A stretch of DNA of 64,000 nt from Octopus vulgaris (lineage: Eukaryota). The stretch covers positions 77,810,001 through 77,874,000 of the forward strand of contig OX597825.1 in assembly GCA_951406725.2 (NCBI GenBank). The letters are read 5' to 3'. Below, piece by piece: positions 1 to 13,912 of this stretch (positions within the stretch are counted from its first letter, which is position 1; every line of letters starts with the position of its first letter). The translations under genes were made by a program, and so were the position numbers. The notes under the pieces are model-generated. The model was given only the letters and a program-made list of their open reading frames with translations, did not search any database and had not been told where the DNA came from.

Positions 1-108
1 GCGACGGCTCAATCTACGGCCAGTCGACATGCGCACGAGATACATGAGGTCATTGAAGGGGTCAAGTATATTGCAAACAGAATGCAGGATGAAGATGAAC
101 GTGCTGAG
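1..108 (+). CDS. Nicotinic acetylcholine receptor (Cys-loop LGIC) subunit, penultimate coding exon encoding the intracellular MA helix; 5' end lies outside the window
   Basis: Frame 1 reads ATAQSTASRHAHEIHEVIEGVKYIANRMQDEDERAE. The segment 'IEGVKYIA..M..ED' matches the nAChR MA amphipathic helix. The exon ends at GAG|GTAACT, a phase-0 donor at 109. Confidence 0.9.
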
Positions 109-268
109 GTAACTTTTGTTTTAACTATTTTTCATATGCATCCTTTCATCATCATCATCATCATCATCATCATTTTCGTCGTCGTCGTCTCCATAACCAT
201 ATCAACATCCTAATCATCATCATCATCATCATGGTTATTATTGTCGTTGCTGTTATTATTATTATCAA

Positions 269-400
269 GGTAGTGAGCTGGCAGAATCGTTAGCACGCCG
301 GACAAAATGCTTAGTCGCATTTCGTCCGTCCTTACGTTCCGAGTTCAAATTCCACCGAAGTCGACTTTGTTTTTACCCTTTTGGATTCGATAAAATAAGT
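269..400 (+). mobile_element. tRNA-derived SINE, family B (GAGCTGGCAGAA head), 5' part
   Basis: A-box-like GAGCTGGCAGAATCG, B-box GAGTTCAAATTCC, then a core like GTCGACTTTG..CCTTTTGGATTCGATAAAATAAGTA shared with many copies in the window. Confidence 0.8.
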
Positions 401-401
401 A

Positions 402-915
402 TCAGGCTGAGTAAGTAACGTTTTAAAATATCAAGAATTTGAAGAATTTAAAACCCAGTAAAACCATTACTGTAGAAATATCTTGCTATGAAATTGCCAA
501 AATGAACGAAAAACTGCTACTCTTCCGTGCCAGACTGGTCAAAAGAAGAGGGCCAATCATTTTTTATAGCAATGCTCGACCACACGTCTCACTAATGACC
601 CTCCAGAAGCTGGGGGAACTTGGCTACGATGTTCTTCTCCACCCCAGACCTTTCTCCTACCGACTACCACCTATTCAAGTACCTTGGTGGTCTCCTGCGA
701 GAAAAGGAGTTCAAAGTTGAAAGTGCGTTCAAAGAGTTCATCAGCTCCAGAACTCCAGATTTTTATGTTACCGGAATAAACAAACTTGCAACTCATTCGC
801 AAAAATGTGCTGATTGTAATGATATTTACTTCGATGAACAAAATTTCCGCATTGCTGTAATATATTGTGATGAATTTCGTGTTTCCAAACGTTGCTTACT
901 CTTTACTCAGCCTGA
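402..915 (+). mobile_element. Internally deleted mariner transposon remnant (pseudogenised transposase C-terminus)
   Basis: Frameshifted peptides 'IFYSNARPHVS..TLQKL.ELGYDVL' and 'PDLSPTDYHLF...FKEFISSRTPDFY.TGINKL...KC' resemble mariner HDNARPH/YSPDLAP. Imperfect TIRs: TCAGGCTGAGTAA at 402 and TTACTCAGCCTGA at about 903-915. A second right-TIR copy lies at about 1149-1180. Confidence 0.8.
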
Positions 916-2110
916 GATAAGCAATTTCTCATGATTGTTCCCATTTTACTCACTGAACTTGCTCCTTTGTTTGGTGTATGCGATCTTATGTGATTTCGTT
1001 GTCTACTCTTGACATAAGTCAAGCTACAATTAAAGACTTATATAATGTATTAAGAACCGTTGAGTCTAAAGATTTTATTTATCAACCAATGCGATTTAAG
1101 AACGACGTACTCCGTGGGAATTTTTTCCAAACCGTTTTTCCAAATGTTTCCAAACGTTGTTTACTTTTTACTCAACCTGAGAGCAGTTCATCTCCGAGAT
1201 CGATTCTCACTTCCAATCCTAAGTATTGGTATTTCCCAACTTTCTTGTCCACCGTCTTAACAACATTTTTGCCAGCAGGTACAGCTGCATCGATGCAGTC
1301 GATTCTTTGGTGCCCTTTAGTAGAAGAGAGATATCAGGTCGGTTATGTTGCAGCCTTTTGTCTGTATATATTGACATATCCAAAATGAGCTTCACTTCTC
1401 TGCGTCTGGTAAAATCTAGTGTTCATATCACTTGTTGGAACATTCTAGCCGATACTTCTTTCACAACTCCCAGTGTATTCACACAGCTATTTCGTCATGA
1501 CTTTTTTTTTTGTATTAGTTTGTTCTAGTCTTGAGCATCCACTAATTATATGTCCGTCTCAGATGACTTACCAGCAGGTGATACTGCTGTCTTATCAATC
1601 TTTGAAATGCAAGATCTTCTCTATCCTGAATACGGAGGCTCCACTTACTCAATATTAATTGCATCCATTACGGTCGCATATCGTAATGGACTACACCTAC
1701 AAACATTATTATGTATCTCCGAGACCTCAGAAACAGCTGTTGAACTTATAACATTTCTCTTTCTCCCATTTAATTTTCTCTTTCGTTTGTTCTCTATGTA
1801 GGTTGAAGCAATTAATATGAATATCTACAGATGTATACTTAAAAATTCATCATCTTAAAGTCTCCACATTTTTTGCATCCTCTCGCTTTGCATGTATACT
1901 TATACATTTCAAACTAATATATTAAATATATTTGATGTGTCTAATTTGTTTATTCGCACAACTGCTGTTCGCTGAGATCAAATTTGCCATCCCATCCTTT
2001 CAGGGTCGATAAATTGAGTAGCAGTGAAACACTGGGGTTGATGTAATCGACTTGTCCCCTCCCCCCACCAAATTTCAGGCCTTGTGCCTATAATAGAAAA
2101 GATATATATA

Positions 2111-2274
2111 GGCGCAGGAGTGGCTGTGTGCTAAGTAGATTGCTAACCAACCACATGGTTCCGGGTTCAGTCCCACTGCGTGGCATCTTGGGCAAGTGTC
2201 TTCTGCTATAGCCCCGGGCCGACCAATGCTTGTGAGTGGATTTGGTAGACGGAAACTGAAAGAAGCCTGTCGTA

Positions 2275-2321
<47 letters not shown>

Positions 2322-2536
2322 GTGTGTTTGTGTGTCTGTGTTGGTCCCCCTAGCATTGCTTGACAACCGATGCTGGTGTGTTTACGTCCCCGTCACTTAG
2401 CGTTTCGTCAAAAGAGGCCGATAGAATAAGTACTGGGCTTACAAAGAATAAGTCCCGGGGTCGATTTGCTCGAGTAAAGGCGGTGCTCCAGCATGGCCGC
2501 AGTCAAATGACTGAAACAAGTAAAATAGTAAAGAGT
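2111..2536 (+). mobile_element. tRNA-derived SINE, family A (GGCGCAGGAGTGGCTGTGTGG head) with internal (TA)n(TG)n, full length
   Basis: A-box TGGCTGTGTG, B-box GGTTCAGTCCC, body ...GGAAACTGAAAGAAGCCTGTCG, internal microsatellite, tail ...GACTGAAACAAGTAAAA. Near-identical to 19276-19680. Confidence 0.85.
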
Positions 2537-2740
2537 AGAATAAATCCCACCAAAAATAAACGAAGAACAAATACAAGAAAAAGCAACAACGCCAGGACGT
2601 GGTACATGCAAAGTATTAGCAGACGCTCAGGGAAGTAAAGCAAGGTGGTTATACGTTTCGAGCAAAGCTCTTCTTCAGAAACAAGCGGCAGAGTAAAGTC
2701 CAAGAGAAAAGGAAGACGGAGGAAAAAGATCGCCAACGAT
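2537..2740 (-). mobile_element. Short Penelope-pLTR/retrozyme-like element with a minimal hammerhead-like core
   Basis: The minus strand at 2647-2682 reads GTTT-CTGAAGA-AGAGCTTTGCTC-GAAAC-GTA-TAACC. Flanks are related to 21578-21775. Confidence 0.65.
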
Positions 2741-2952
2741 TTTTAAAATGTATATATATGACTGAATGGTCAAACGAAATAAGGGCTCTCAACCAATTTA
2801 TTGGGAGTTACATGCATGGATCAAAATCGTTTGAGGCAAATTCGTGTGTGGCATTCAAATTCAAAATGGCTAACGACTAGCATCATGCTTGAAATTCAGG
2901 AGTACCAACGGATTTGAATCAAACTGTTTTGATCTATCCATTCCTATATATC

Positions 2953-2983
<31 letters not shown>

Positions 2984-3007
2984 ATGTATGTGTATATTAT
3001 ATATATA

Positions 3008-3378
3008 TCTCTCTATATATAAACGGCAGTTTGTCTGTGTGTGTTTCTGTGTGTCTGTTAGGTTGTACCCTCACCCTGACCACGGCTTTCAACCGATTCT
3101 GATGAAACTTGACACACACATAGCCCAATGTCATAATTCAAAACTAACGCAGCGAAAATTTTGAAAAGTTCCCCCAGTTCTGAAAAAAATCAATATATTC
3201 GACATGGGGTCGAGAATCAGAAACACAAACCACAGACTGTCTAGGGGACACAACTCGACCTTTTTAACTCTCAAAAAAATTTACCATAATTTTTTTTTCC
3301 ATTTTTTGGCTATAACTCTAAAAATGCTTTATAGTTATTTCCCTTACAAACCCGAGCAACGCCGGGCGATACTGCTAG
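3008..3378 (+). mobile_element. Non-autonomous Helitron
   Basis: Begins A|TCTCTCTATATATAAA, ends with the subterminal hairpin CCCGAGCAACGCCGGG followed by CTAG|T, and has no TSD. These are the classic 5'-TC...CTRR-3' termini between A and T. Confidence 0.8.
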
Positions 3379-3382
3379 TACT

Positions 3383-3432
<50 letters not shown>

Positions 3433-3824
3433 TATATGCATATTTGTATGTATACAGAGTAAAAGAGATAGATCAATATATATATATGTTATATACGTGG
3501 GTGGGTGTTTGTGTGGGTGTAAAATTATACACGACAGCCTTCTTCCACTTACCGTCGACCAAATCCACTCCCAAAGCTTTGGACAAACTAGAGATGTAAT
3601 AGAATACCGTTACCTGAATGCCACACAGTGGGACTGAACTCGGAATTGTCTGGTTGGGAAACTTCATATCACAAAGCCACAACTTCGCCTGAGAAAACTT
3701 GTTAATTTTTTACGCTTCCGATAAGAACTGAACAACAGCTAAACAACAATGACAGCAGCCAGGAAACCGGTACACATACACACACACACATACACATATA
3801 TATATGTATATATATACATATATA

Positions 3825-4186
<362 letters not shown>

Positions 4187-5109
4187 TAATATACGCTGTA
4201 TTGGTACTTTATAATTATTATTTTGGCCGGCAACCTTATATGTATTATGTAAATAACTAATGCGTGCAGCCACTGTGCTTGTTTACATTTTAATAAATAG
4301 CCTACAGCTCCTATCATCGGCAGTTTCGGTGGTAAATCGAAGTGATCGAATACAGGTGAATTGCTAAATATTGATGAAACTGGTCATTTCTGTCTCATTT
4401 CCAGCTGCCGAAAGCCATCCTCGGGACATAATTTTGCAGCCAGACTAAACAGTGAGAATAATAAATAAAACCTGATGAAGAATAAATAACATGGACGTAC
4501 CACTCAGGCGTATTTCTTCGAAGTGATGTGAGCTGACGCATTGTACTGTTCTACCATACCATCAGTATTATTTAGTGTCATGGTGTCATGGTAATGACTA
4601 GTCTATCGGATATTATTATGCATCGCTGGCTTCAGTGGGCGTCGCGTTGTTTTAGCTTCCGAATGTGGCCACTCTGCTGGTTAGGTGAGCCGGCCATCAT
4701 TCGCTCTGTTGGAAAGGCTATAACGTCATGGGGTCATTTATTTACTTATTTCGACGTAAAATCAACGAAGCGAATATCATTTATCCCAGAAACCCTGATC
4801 TCTGGCATCATTCGACAAACGCCGACCAAGACGGCGTAAGTCATTCCAGCTTTACCTGCTACAAATAGCAACGTAAATGCTTTTAAATCAGACCCCATTG
4901 GTGGATGTTCAAGAGCCAATTGAAGGGCAGGTTTTCAATCCCGGGATCATCCTGATTCCAAAGAGGTATAATATGTCTATGTGGAACAAATGTAGACTGA
5001 GATAGAGGGATCCCAGACGGACAGACAGAATTTCGCATCTATTATTATTACTGTTATTATTATTATTATTATTATTATTAACATTATATATATATATATA
5101 TATATATTT

Positions 5110-5281
5110 ATAAAGGGAAAGTTTACGAAAATAAACAAAATACAAAGACAGGTGGAGTACAAACAAACAAATGTATTAGTATAGCGCTCAGGAATAGAAA
5201 AAGTTCTTTTATGTTTCAAGCCTACGCTCTTCGACAGAAAGATACACAGAAAAAAACAAGGAGAGAAACAAGGAGAGAGAA
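5110..5281 (-). mobile_element. Short Penelope-pLTR-like element inserted in (TA)n, with a variant hammerhead-like core
   Basis: The minus strand at 5206-5241 reads CTTT-CTGTCGA-AGAGCGTAGGCTT-GAAAC-ATA-AAAG, with stem I CTTT/AAAG. Same family as 39383-39590 and the fragment at 10341-10400. Confidence 0.6.
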
Positions 5282-5913
5282 TATATATATATATTACCAG
5301 CAAGTCATTGAGTAGGATTAGTCAAGTTCGCGCTACTTCAAGCATTGCTTCGTCCAAATGATGCCGATGACCTTCCGTTTAATTCTCTGCGAACATATTG
5401 ACCGCTGCGGATGTTCAGGCTGGACATCGCTCACATCGATCCTCCTACCAGTCTATTACGGTCAGTCCTGAACACCCCTTTCTCTCCCTTTCTCTCCCTC
5501 CCTTTATGCTTAATTTATCTAAAAACAATCTACCGCCCAACACTGGAATGATTAAATCAGAAGATAACAAAACAAAACAAAAACATGAAACAGATCATGA
5601 AAAAAAAAAAAACAAGAATTAAACCCATCACGATGAAGCCATTCTGACTGGATGTTTTATCGAAGAATCATATTGCCAAGATTGTTGCTGTTCAAACCTT
5701 ATAAGGACTTATTAGTCTGCTATAATTAGCTGGGATTAGTTCAATGTAATTGGCTATTAATGATCGTGGTTGATTGATATTTTTCAATGTTGCATTGCTC
5801 ATTAAAATGTATGTGTGCGCTTATATACACATCGCCCCATCAAGCTACTTATCTTCACCTCTCCCTCCCTCTCTCTCTCTCTCAGACACACACACTCTAT
5901 CTCTCTCTTTCTT

Positions 5914-5952
<39 letters not shown>

Positions 5953-6261
5953 GTGTATGTGTGTATGTGACTGTGTGAGTGAGTGAGGGTGTGTATTCGT
6001 ACGTGTGTGTACGTGTGTGTGTGCGCATGTGTGTGTCACTAGAGCAGTGGATATCTGTTTTATATATATATATACATGTGTACGGATATATATATAAATA
6101 TATATATTTATATGTAAAAATACAAAAACGGGACAGGAAAGCAAAACATCCAGGCATCCGATAGAAAGAAATCAAGGACGGGTCATTCGGAGTTTTCTTT
6201 CCTCAGAATATCTTTGCAAGTTTTTGTTATATTTCTGCTGCTCTTAAATAAAGTGTATATA

Positions 6262-6432
6262 TACCAGAGTAAGCACATAAATGCGAAACAAGGTGGAAAA
6301 AAAGTGCTCGAATACCAGAGGTAGAGTAATATGCTTTATTAAAAATATCACAAAAACTGTTACTCAGAATTTCACGTTCCTGTTCGTCGGACATTTTTGT
6401 TTAGAATTCTGAACAAAACTCTCCGACGAACG
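6262..6432 (-). mobile_element. Hammerhead-bearing short element (second family) with a fold-back partial inverted copy
   Basis: The minus strand at 6351-6399 reads CAAAAATGT-CCGACGA-ACAGGAACGT-GAAA-TTCTGAGT-A-ACAGTTTTTG. It is the reverse complement of the 22381-22552 family. An imperfect palindrome is centred on GAATTC (6403-6408). Confidence 0.65.
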
Positions 6433-6436
6433 TTTG

Positions 6437-6503
<67 letters not shown>

Positions 6504-6824
6504 ATATATATATATATCCATATATACATATAAGTTGCAATACCACTCAAAGAATTAATCTTTTGAATCGTAATGAAATGTCGGTACTGAAATATCATTT
6601 TATATCTTTGATAGCAATGTCAGGCGTCTTGGCTTTAATTTCTCAGTCAATGAAGATGAGCGTATGCCAAAAACAACAGCATCATTGTTACTACTGAGCG
6701 TAACTGCATAGCTTTCGTTCCATATATCAATCATGTTTATTTCATAACGCTTGTAGATTCGCCGCTACGTTTTTAAGCCTCCTGAATGTTCATTCAGTGA
6801 TTGCTAATTGCGGGCATCCACAGT

Positions 6825-6919
<95 letters not shown>

Positions 6920-7401
6920 CAGCAGCAGCAGTAGGAGTTTACAGCATGTATAGTGGCCGTAGTAATATTGTATTTTAAGGATGAAAGAGGGTGAGCTGGC
7001 AGAAATCGCTTGGAAGGTGAATAAAATACTTCCTTACTCATTAGCACTTATTTTATCGACCCCGATAGGATGCAAGGCAAAGTCGACCTCAGTGGAAATT
7101 GAAATCACACAGTGAACACTGGAAAGATGCCGCTATGCACTTTACTTCATCAGGCTTTCTATCGAGATCCACATTGTATAGAAAACTATGGAACTGAAAT
7201 ATAAGAAAAATAGATGTCATATAAAGAAAGGTATCCAAATGTTTTTTTAATAAAGTTTAGGCATGGTTTTTCATACCGTCGAGAAATGATACACACTGAA
7301 GCATGGTGAAGCATCCATACATAAACATGTATATACATACATACATACATATATATATATATCAATATATATGTATATTCACACACATATATTAATATAT
7401 G

Positions 7402-7448
<47 letters not shown>

Positions 7449-7652
7449 ATATATATGCATATGTATGTACTAAATGTATCATATACATATAAACGGAATT
7501 TTAAATGCATAGCTATTATATAAGCTTCGAAGAGAACGTGTATATACATATTTATATATAATATGTGTGTGTGTACAGATAGATAGATAGATAGATAGAT
7601 ACGCATACACATATTCATACACACACACACTAACACACACACGAGTTTAGTA

Positions 7653-7711
<59 letters not shown>

Positions 7712-8242
7712 TATGCATATGTCTATGCATGGGTTGCTGGAGGTTACAGTGTTCTTTTGTCGTCAAACGCTAGTAACATGCCACACACAACGACATTTGC
7801 AATGATAAAACTGCCCAAGTATTAAGTACGACATGGAAAAAAATCAAAGAACGACAAAAATAATAGATTTTATCCCTGATAAGAGGGACACGCCACGAAA
7901 GGAATTATAAATTCTAATATCTGTTGAGAGTCACGTTGTTATGATTGGGTTATCGAATAAATGTTTCATAAGAATATTGTATAAATAATGGAATAAAGGA
8001 TTAAGCGTATATGTATCTATGTATATATATATGTGTGTTTTCGTATGTATAGATATACATGTATGTGTCTGTGTATATATGCGTGTGTGTGTGTGTATGT
8101 AAATACACAAACACATGTGCGTGTATATATATATATACATATATACATACATACATACATACATGCATGCATGCATACATACATACATACATACTTATAT
8201 ACATACATATATACATACATGCATGCATGCATAAATATATGT

Positions 8243-8555
8243 GTGTGGCTGTGTGGTAATAAACTTGCTTCTGAACCTCATGGTTCCGGGTTCGGTCCCA
8301 CTGCGTGATACCTTGGGTAAGCCTCTACTACTATAGCCTCGGGCCGACCATAACCTTGTGAGTGGCTTTGGTAGACGGAAACTGAAAGGAGTATGTCGTA
8401 TCTATGTGTGTGTGTGTGTCTGTGTATACGTGTGTGTATTTGCATGCGTGTGTGCGTGTCTTTGTGTGTGTGTTCGTCCACCACCACCACTTGACAATCG
8501 GTGTTGGTGTGTTCCAGCATGGCCACAGTCTAATGACTGAAGTAAGTAAAAGATA
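8243..8555 (+). mobile_element. SINE family A, internally deleted copy
   Basis: Head, body and tail motifs are shared with 2111-2536. Confidence 0.8.
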
Positions 8556-9047
8556 AATGATATATAACGGCAACAAACTGTCAAAGGAACTGAACAGCAG
8601 ATCTTCAGAGAAGTAATCCCATTTCAGGCAAGCATTTCGGCCCTTCACTTCGCAAAATCCGAGGGCCAGGTCGGGCCGCATCCAGGTCATACCTCCCGGA
8701 TGTCCTTCTGCCAAGACTTTTTAGCCAATTGGAAATTGGAAGCTTGTGCGTTCAAAATGGCGGAAGATTTAGTGTTTTTATTTGAATGAAGGCTAACAAG
8801 AAAAAGAGCAACATAGCGTCGTCAGTCTCCGAACGACCTTCGGCAATTTATCTTCAGTCACTGGGACTATGCTAGGTTTATGATTATTAACGGAGAAGCC
8901 CAGGTATATTTGCGAGATTGTGAAGCGCCAGTGAAGATTATGATTATTAACTGACTTAGTTAATTAGTCACTCGGTCAGTCCGCCAGTTACTTAGATAGA
9001 CTGACAGACAGACAGACGGACAGCCAAACAGACAGACAGACTGACAG

Positions 9048-9082
<35 letters not shown>

Positions 9083-9111
9083 GACGGACGGACAGACCGA
9101 TAGATAGATAA

Positions 9112-9185
<74 letters not shown>

Positions 9186-10253
9186 TGTTTGTTTGTTTGT
9201 TTGTTAACTAAGTATAGTAGTTGATTAGCTCGTTAATAAGTCAATTGGTCAGTAAGTTCGTTATTGTGTTTAGTTCGTTAGGAAACTGCTTGGTTAGTTA
9301 ATTGCTTAGTGAGGTAATTGGTTAGTAAGCTAGTTGGCTGGTTAGTTAGCTAACTAATTGAGTTGGCGGATTAATTATCATTTTACTGAATATGATTAGT
9401 CGGCGAGATGGTAACTCAGAAAAATCAGACCAACGGTGGTTTCGCAAGTCACGATTTTTTTTTTATTCAGCGATCGAAAGGATGAATAAATAGTACAACC
9501 TATATTATGAATCCCAACTGTTTGGGGTTCATTGTTCAACCACGTCGAAGGGTGTTTGTCGCACACTGAGTTGGATCTGAAGAACTACAGCGATTGGATC
9601 ACGCAGCGAACTTAACTTTTAAATAACGCGGCCATTCTTGCACACATAAATCATAGCATCCAAACATGTCTGCTTTGAGAACGAAGACGATAGCAATTAG
9701 TTTTGAGAAAACTAAATTATCGATTGAACAGCGATATGTATTAAAAATCACACATTAATATTCTTTTACACTATTTAAATGTCAAAAACTATTGATTAAC
9801 TGTCTCGTGCAACTAACGCGAGAAAAGGGAGAAAATTGGAATGCTGCAAGACAGGGAGGTAATTACAACTGTTTCCAATCCTAAAGTGACAATCACTAAT
9901 TATAGGTTCTTGTTAAGTGCTGAAGTCAGTTGACTCCTCAAAGCAACATTACTGAGGATAAGATATACGTTTCGTTTCCGATCCCGCCGAAATGGGAATC
10001 TTTTGTGTTTTTCTTTGTCACCCGAGATAATATGTTGCTCATAAATTTTGGTCTCAATTTCTGAGATGAAGAATTATCTGTATTTCTATGTTTGTGCGCA
10101 GTATCGTTAGAAACACGCTGGATCGGAAACAGCTGTAACTATTAATAAAGTTGCACTGCATCCATTTTTCGCTTTGTTGATTGTACGATATATAGACATA
10201 CATATATATATATATAAACATACACGTATATTTATATATATATATATATATAT

Positions 10254-10323
<70 letters not shown>

Positions 10324-10444
10324 TCAAACATGTATATATATATTCCTGAGCGTTATACTAATACATCTGTTTGTTTTGTACACCACCTATCTTCGTCTCT
10401 CTCTCTCTCTCTCTCTCTTATATATATATATATATATATATATA

Positions 10445-10487
<43 letters not shown>

Positions 10488-10522
10488 ATATACACGCGCC
10501 CACAAACACAAACATATTTATA

Positions 10523-10672
10523 TACAAAGGGGTGCTGGAAAGTTCCTGGCTTTAAGGGTATCACGAAAGGCCTGACTGGGGGCCCAAACTTCTGAGTTCT
10601 TTTACGGGGCTTAGAAAAACTGAAGGACCGCTGCAACATGTGTGTAAATCCGTGAATGGAACACGGTATATA
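10523..10672 (+). mobile_element. Mariner-derived non-autonomous remnant
   Basis: Starts TACAAAGGGGTGCTGGAAAGTTCCTGG (mariner TACGAGGG-type end) and encodes 'FTGLEKLKDRCNMCV', resembling the mariner C-terminal 'GI.KL..RW.KCV'. Confidence 0.6.
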
Positions 10673-11421
10673 ATGACGTACAGGACGAGATTTGAACTTT
10701 AAAATAATCACGCCAAAACTAGGAGTCATCTTATATAAAATTTGAACATTAGCTTCCTCTACATACATACGTAAATAACTATATTACATTTATACAAATA
10801 CACGTGTGTGTGTGTCTATGTGTCATTAATATATGTATGTATGTAAACTGAACGAATGAATGATCGCAGCAAGTAAAAGCAGTATTGAAACTAAACTCTC
10901 CTTTCGTTCATTTTAGAAAATTGTCATGATTTGAGAAATTCAGAACAAGTAAAGAATTCGAAATTGCAAAACGAATCGCCCAAAGGCGACACGTCTATTA
11001 AAAACACAAGGAATATGGCGATAGATCTCTAAGACTTTGTCAAGAATACAAAGTAGAGGAGACAGGTACCTGAAGTGTCCAACAATATTTGTTAATATCA
11101 ACATATGAGTAGGAGAGTTTGATTATATACGTATATGAAGATGTATATGTGAGTGTGTATATGTGTTTCTGAGTATGTGTCTGTATACGAGAGTGCTTGA
11201 GCAAGTGTTTGCATGTGTGTATGTGCGTATATGTGTTTGTGTGTATATGTATGAATTATATATTCACACTAGCATGTATATATATATATAAGAGTTGTGC
11301 CTTGGACGTCAACGTCAGGACGCATCACATACGGATATAGCTTTAAAATTAGCTTAACGGAAAGTATTCCAATTAATCATTTTACTCCTATCCAAAATTG
11401 TATGCTGCTTTGTCGATGTCC

Positions 11422-11692
11422 TTTTCTACTCTAGGCACAAGGCCCGAAATTTTGGGGGAGGGGACCAGTCGATTGGATCGACCCCAAAGCGTAACTGGTA
11501 CTTAATTTATCAACTCCGAAAGGATGAAAGGCAAAGTCGACCTCGGCGGAAATTAAAATAAGAACATAAAGACAGACGAGATACTTATTTCTTTATTGCC
11601 CAAAAGGGGCTAAACACAGAGGGGACAAACAAGGACAGACAAACGGATTAAGTCGATTAGATCGACCCCAGTGCGTAAGTGGTACTTAATTT
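11422..11692 (-). mobile_element. SINE family B, 3' portion (dimeric core), antisense to the host gene
   Basis: The reverse complement contains GCCGAGGTCGACTTTGCCTTTCATCCTTTCGG and the tail GGGCCTTGTGCCTAGAGTAGAAAAGG. Confidence 0.8.
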
Positions 11693-12639
11693 AAACTGCT
11701 CCAGCATCCAAACTGCTCCAGCATCCAAACTGCTCCAGCATCCAAACTGCTCCAGCATTTGGAATGTCATCCTTGCTGTATATGGCCAAGCATTATCCTG
11801 AGGGAAGAACACCTTTCATTTTCAAAGATGGTCACTTTTCTTTTAGCGCTGACTTAAGCCGCTCAAGCTGCTCGCAGTAGATTTCCTTTGTTATCGTTTG
11901 GTTTAGGTTTAAAAGTTCAAAGTGGACTAAAACATTTGTTATCCCACCAAACAGATAACAACATTTTATGTGGGTGAAGACCTTCTTTAGACTGGGTTGT
12001 CGGTGTTTCTCCTTCTCCTACCCACTGTCTTCAGCGCTTGATATATTTATAGAGAACCCATTCGATTCAAAAAGATTAATTCTTAAGACATGACAGTAAA
12101 GAAGAGCACACATTCACTCTCTGCGTTCGATTAGACTCAGAAAGTTTTGTGAGGAACCCATAGTTGAATGATCAAATCCAAGCTTCTCTGCTAGTTCTTC
12201 AACAGTTACGATGGGATTTTATTCCACCAGGGTTTGCAGGATGTCCTCGTCGAGCTCTACAGATCTTCCAGGATGAAGCTCGTCTTCTAGGCTGTAGTTT
12301 CCGACTCGGAATTTCTGGAACCACCCTTGATACTGGCTTACGCTTATTGTCCGACCCCCATATACTGCATCAATATTCCTCGCACTTTCCGTTGCGTTGT
12401 TGCCTTTTTTGAACTCGTAAAGCAAAATATGCTGAATATGCTCCTTTGTCACTTCTATTATAGCTTTGAAAACATAACTGTTAAAATCTAACTGCACTCT
12501 TCAAAACTTGCACTAAGAATGAGGACAAGGTAAATTTACTACCTCCCTTGATATCAAGTTGATGCAGGTAGTTTATCCTGTCCCCCTCCGACTTTTAGCT
12601 CATACAAATGAAAAAACCGCATAATCTATGGGATGACCC

Positions 12640-12640
<1 letters not shown>
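11693..12640 (-). pseudogene. Mariner transposase pseudogene with left TIR; 3'-truncated
   Basis: Minus-strand peptides are 'KEHIQHILLYEFKKG.NATESARNI..VYG..TIS......WFQKFR.G..SLEDE...GR', a WVPHKL-like motif, 'GLHPHK.LLSVWWD' and 'QDNAWP'. The TIR TGGGTCATCCCATAGATTATGCGGTTTTT ends at 12640 next to TA. Confidence 0.88.
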
Positions 12641-12723
<83 letters not shown>

Positions 12724-12748
12724 GCATGTATACACACACACCTATACG

Positions 12749-12779
<31 letters not shown>

Positions 12780-12806
12780 TGTATACACACACACCTATAC
12801 GTATAC

Positions 12807-12855
<49 letters not shown>

Positions 12856-12878
12856 TGTATACACACACACCTATACGT

Positions 12879-12918
<40 letters not shown>

Positions 12919-13549
12919 TGAGAGTGAGTCTTGTAGAAACGTTTTAGAGTTGAATACATCAGCAGAACGACTGGCATCAATATATGATATCATCGTTCAC
13001 AAATTCTTTAAATAACTCGGAATCATTTTGTTTTAGCGTTATGCTACCACAAAGGACCATGTAATCATCAGGTATTTAGCGTATTAAAGATTTTCAATAC
13101 TAAACGGTTTATCAATAGCTTAATATCTTCGATCAAAGTTTCGCCAACTCACGAGTGTCACTCTAAAAATTCTTCATACTTTCCATGCGTTTCTAACTTT
13201 TATCGTAACTGTCAAACAGATGGAAGGAATTTTGGCATAAATCTGCGAATGTGTGAACAGGTTAAGTCTTTTCATGAACTATAAATAGCTGATAGTCTAA
13301 TTTATACGCGTGTTCTAGCCTTTTAAGCTGGAATCTTTACCCTGGAATCAATTTGGGTTTGTTCTTGTTGTTTTGATGGCTTTGAAATTTTTTTTGTTTT
13401 TTGTTTTTATTCTTCTTTGTTTGTTTTTTTGTTTTTTTTTTGTTTTTGTTTTTTTTTTCTCTTTCTATATCGAATTCCGATAAACCTAGTTCTTATGGTT
13501 TCTGACGACTTACGACGGTTTCGGTTGCGAATTTTCATGAATAGAACAT

Positions 13550-13836
13550 AAGAGAGGGAGACGGGGGTTTGAAGGAAGGAAGGAAGGAAGGAAGGAAGGA
13601 AGGAAGGAAATGAGGGAGAAAAGAAGAATGGAGAAGCAAATAAAGGGAAAAAAGGGGGAATGTAGGTAGGAAGGAAGAAATGAAGAAAGTGAGGGAGATG
13701 GAGATACAGAGAGTTGGAATTAGAGAAATTGAAAGAAAGAGAAAGAGAAAATTAAGAAGGTGTGATTACAAAGGAGAAAGAAAGAGAGAGAAAAAATGAC
13801 GGAAGGAAGAGCAGAAAAATAGAAAAAAGAAAGAAA

Positions 13837-13910
<74 letters not shown>

Positions 13911-13912
13911 AT
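13550..13912. repeat. Polypurine tract with (GGAA)n and (GAAA)n
   Basis: Directly visible. Confidence 0.9.

Noticed and set aside
8570-8770. GC-richer segment with a minus-strand ORF (MAEGHPGG...)
   Set aside because: No recognisable motif or splice signals, and the ORF runs into a SINE.
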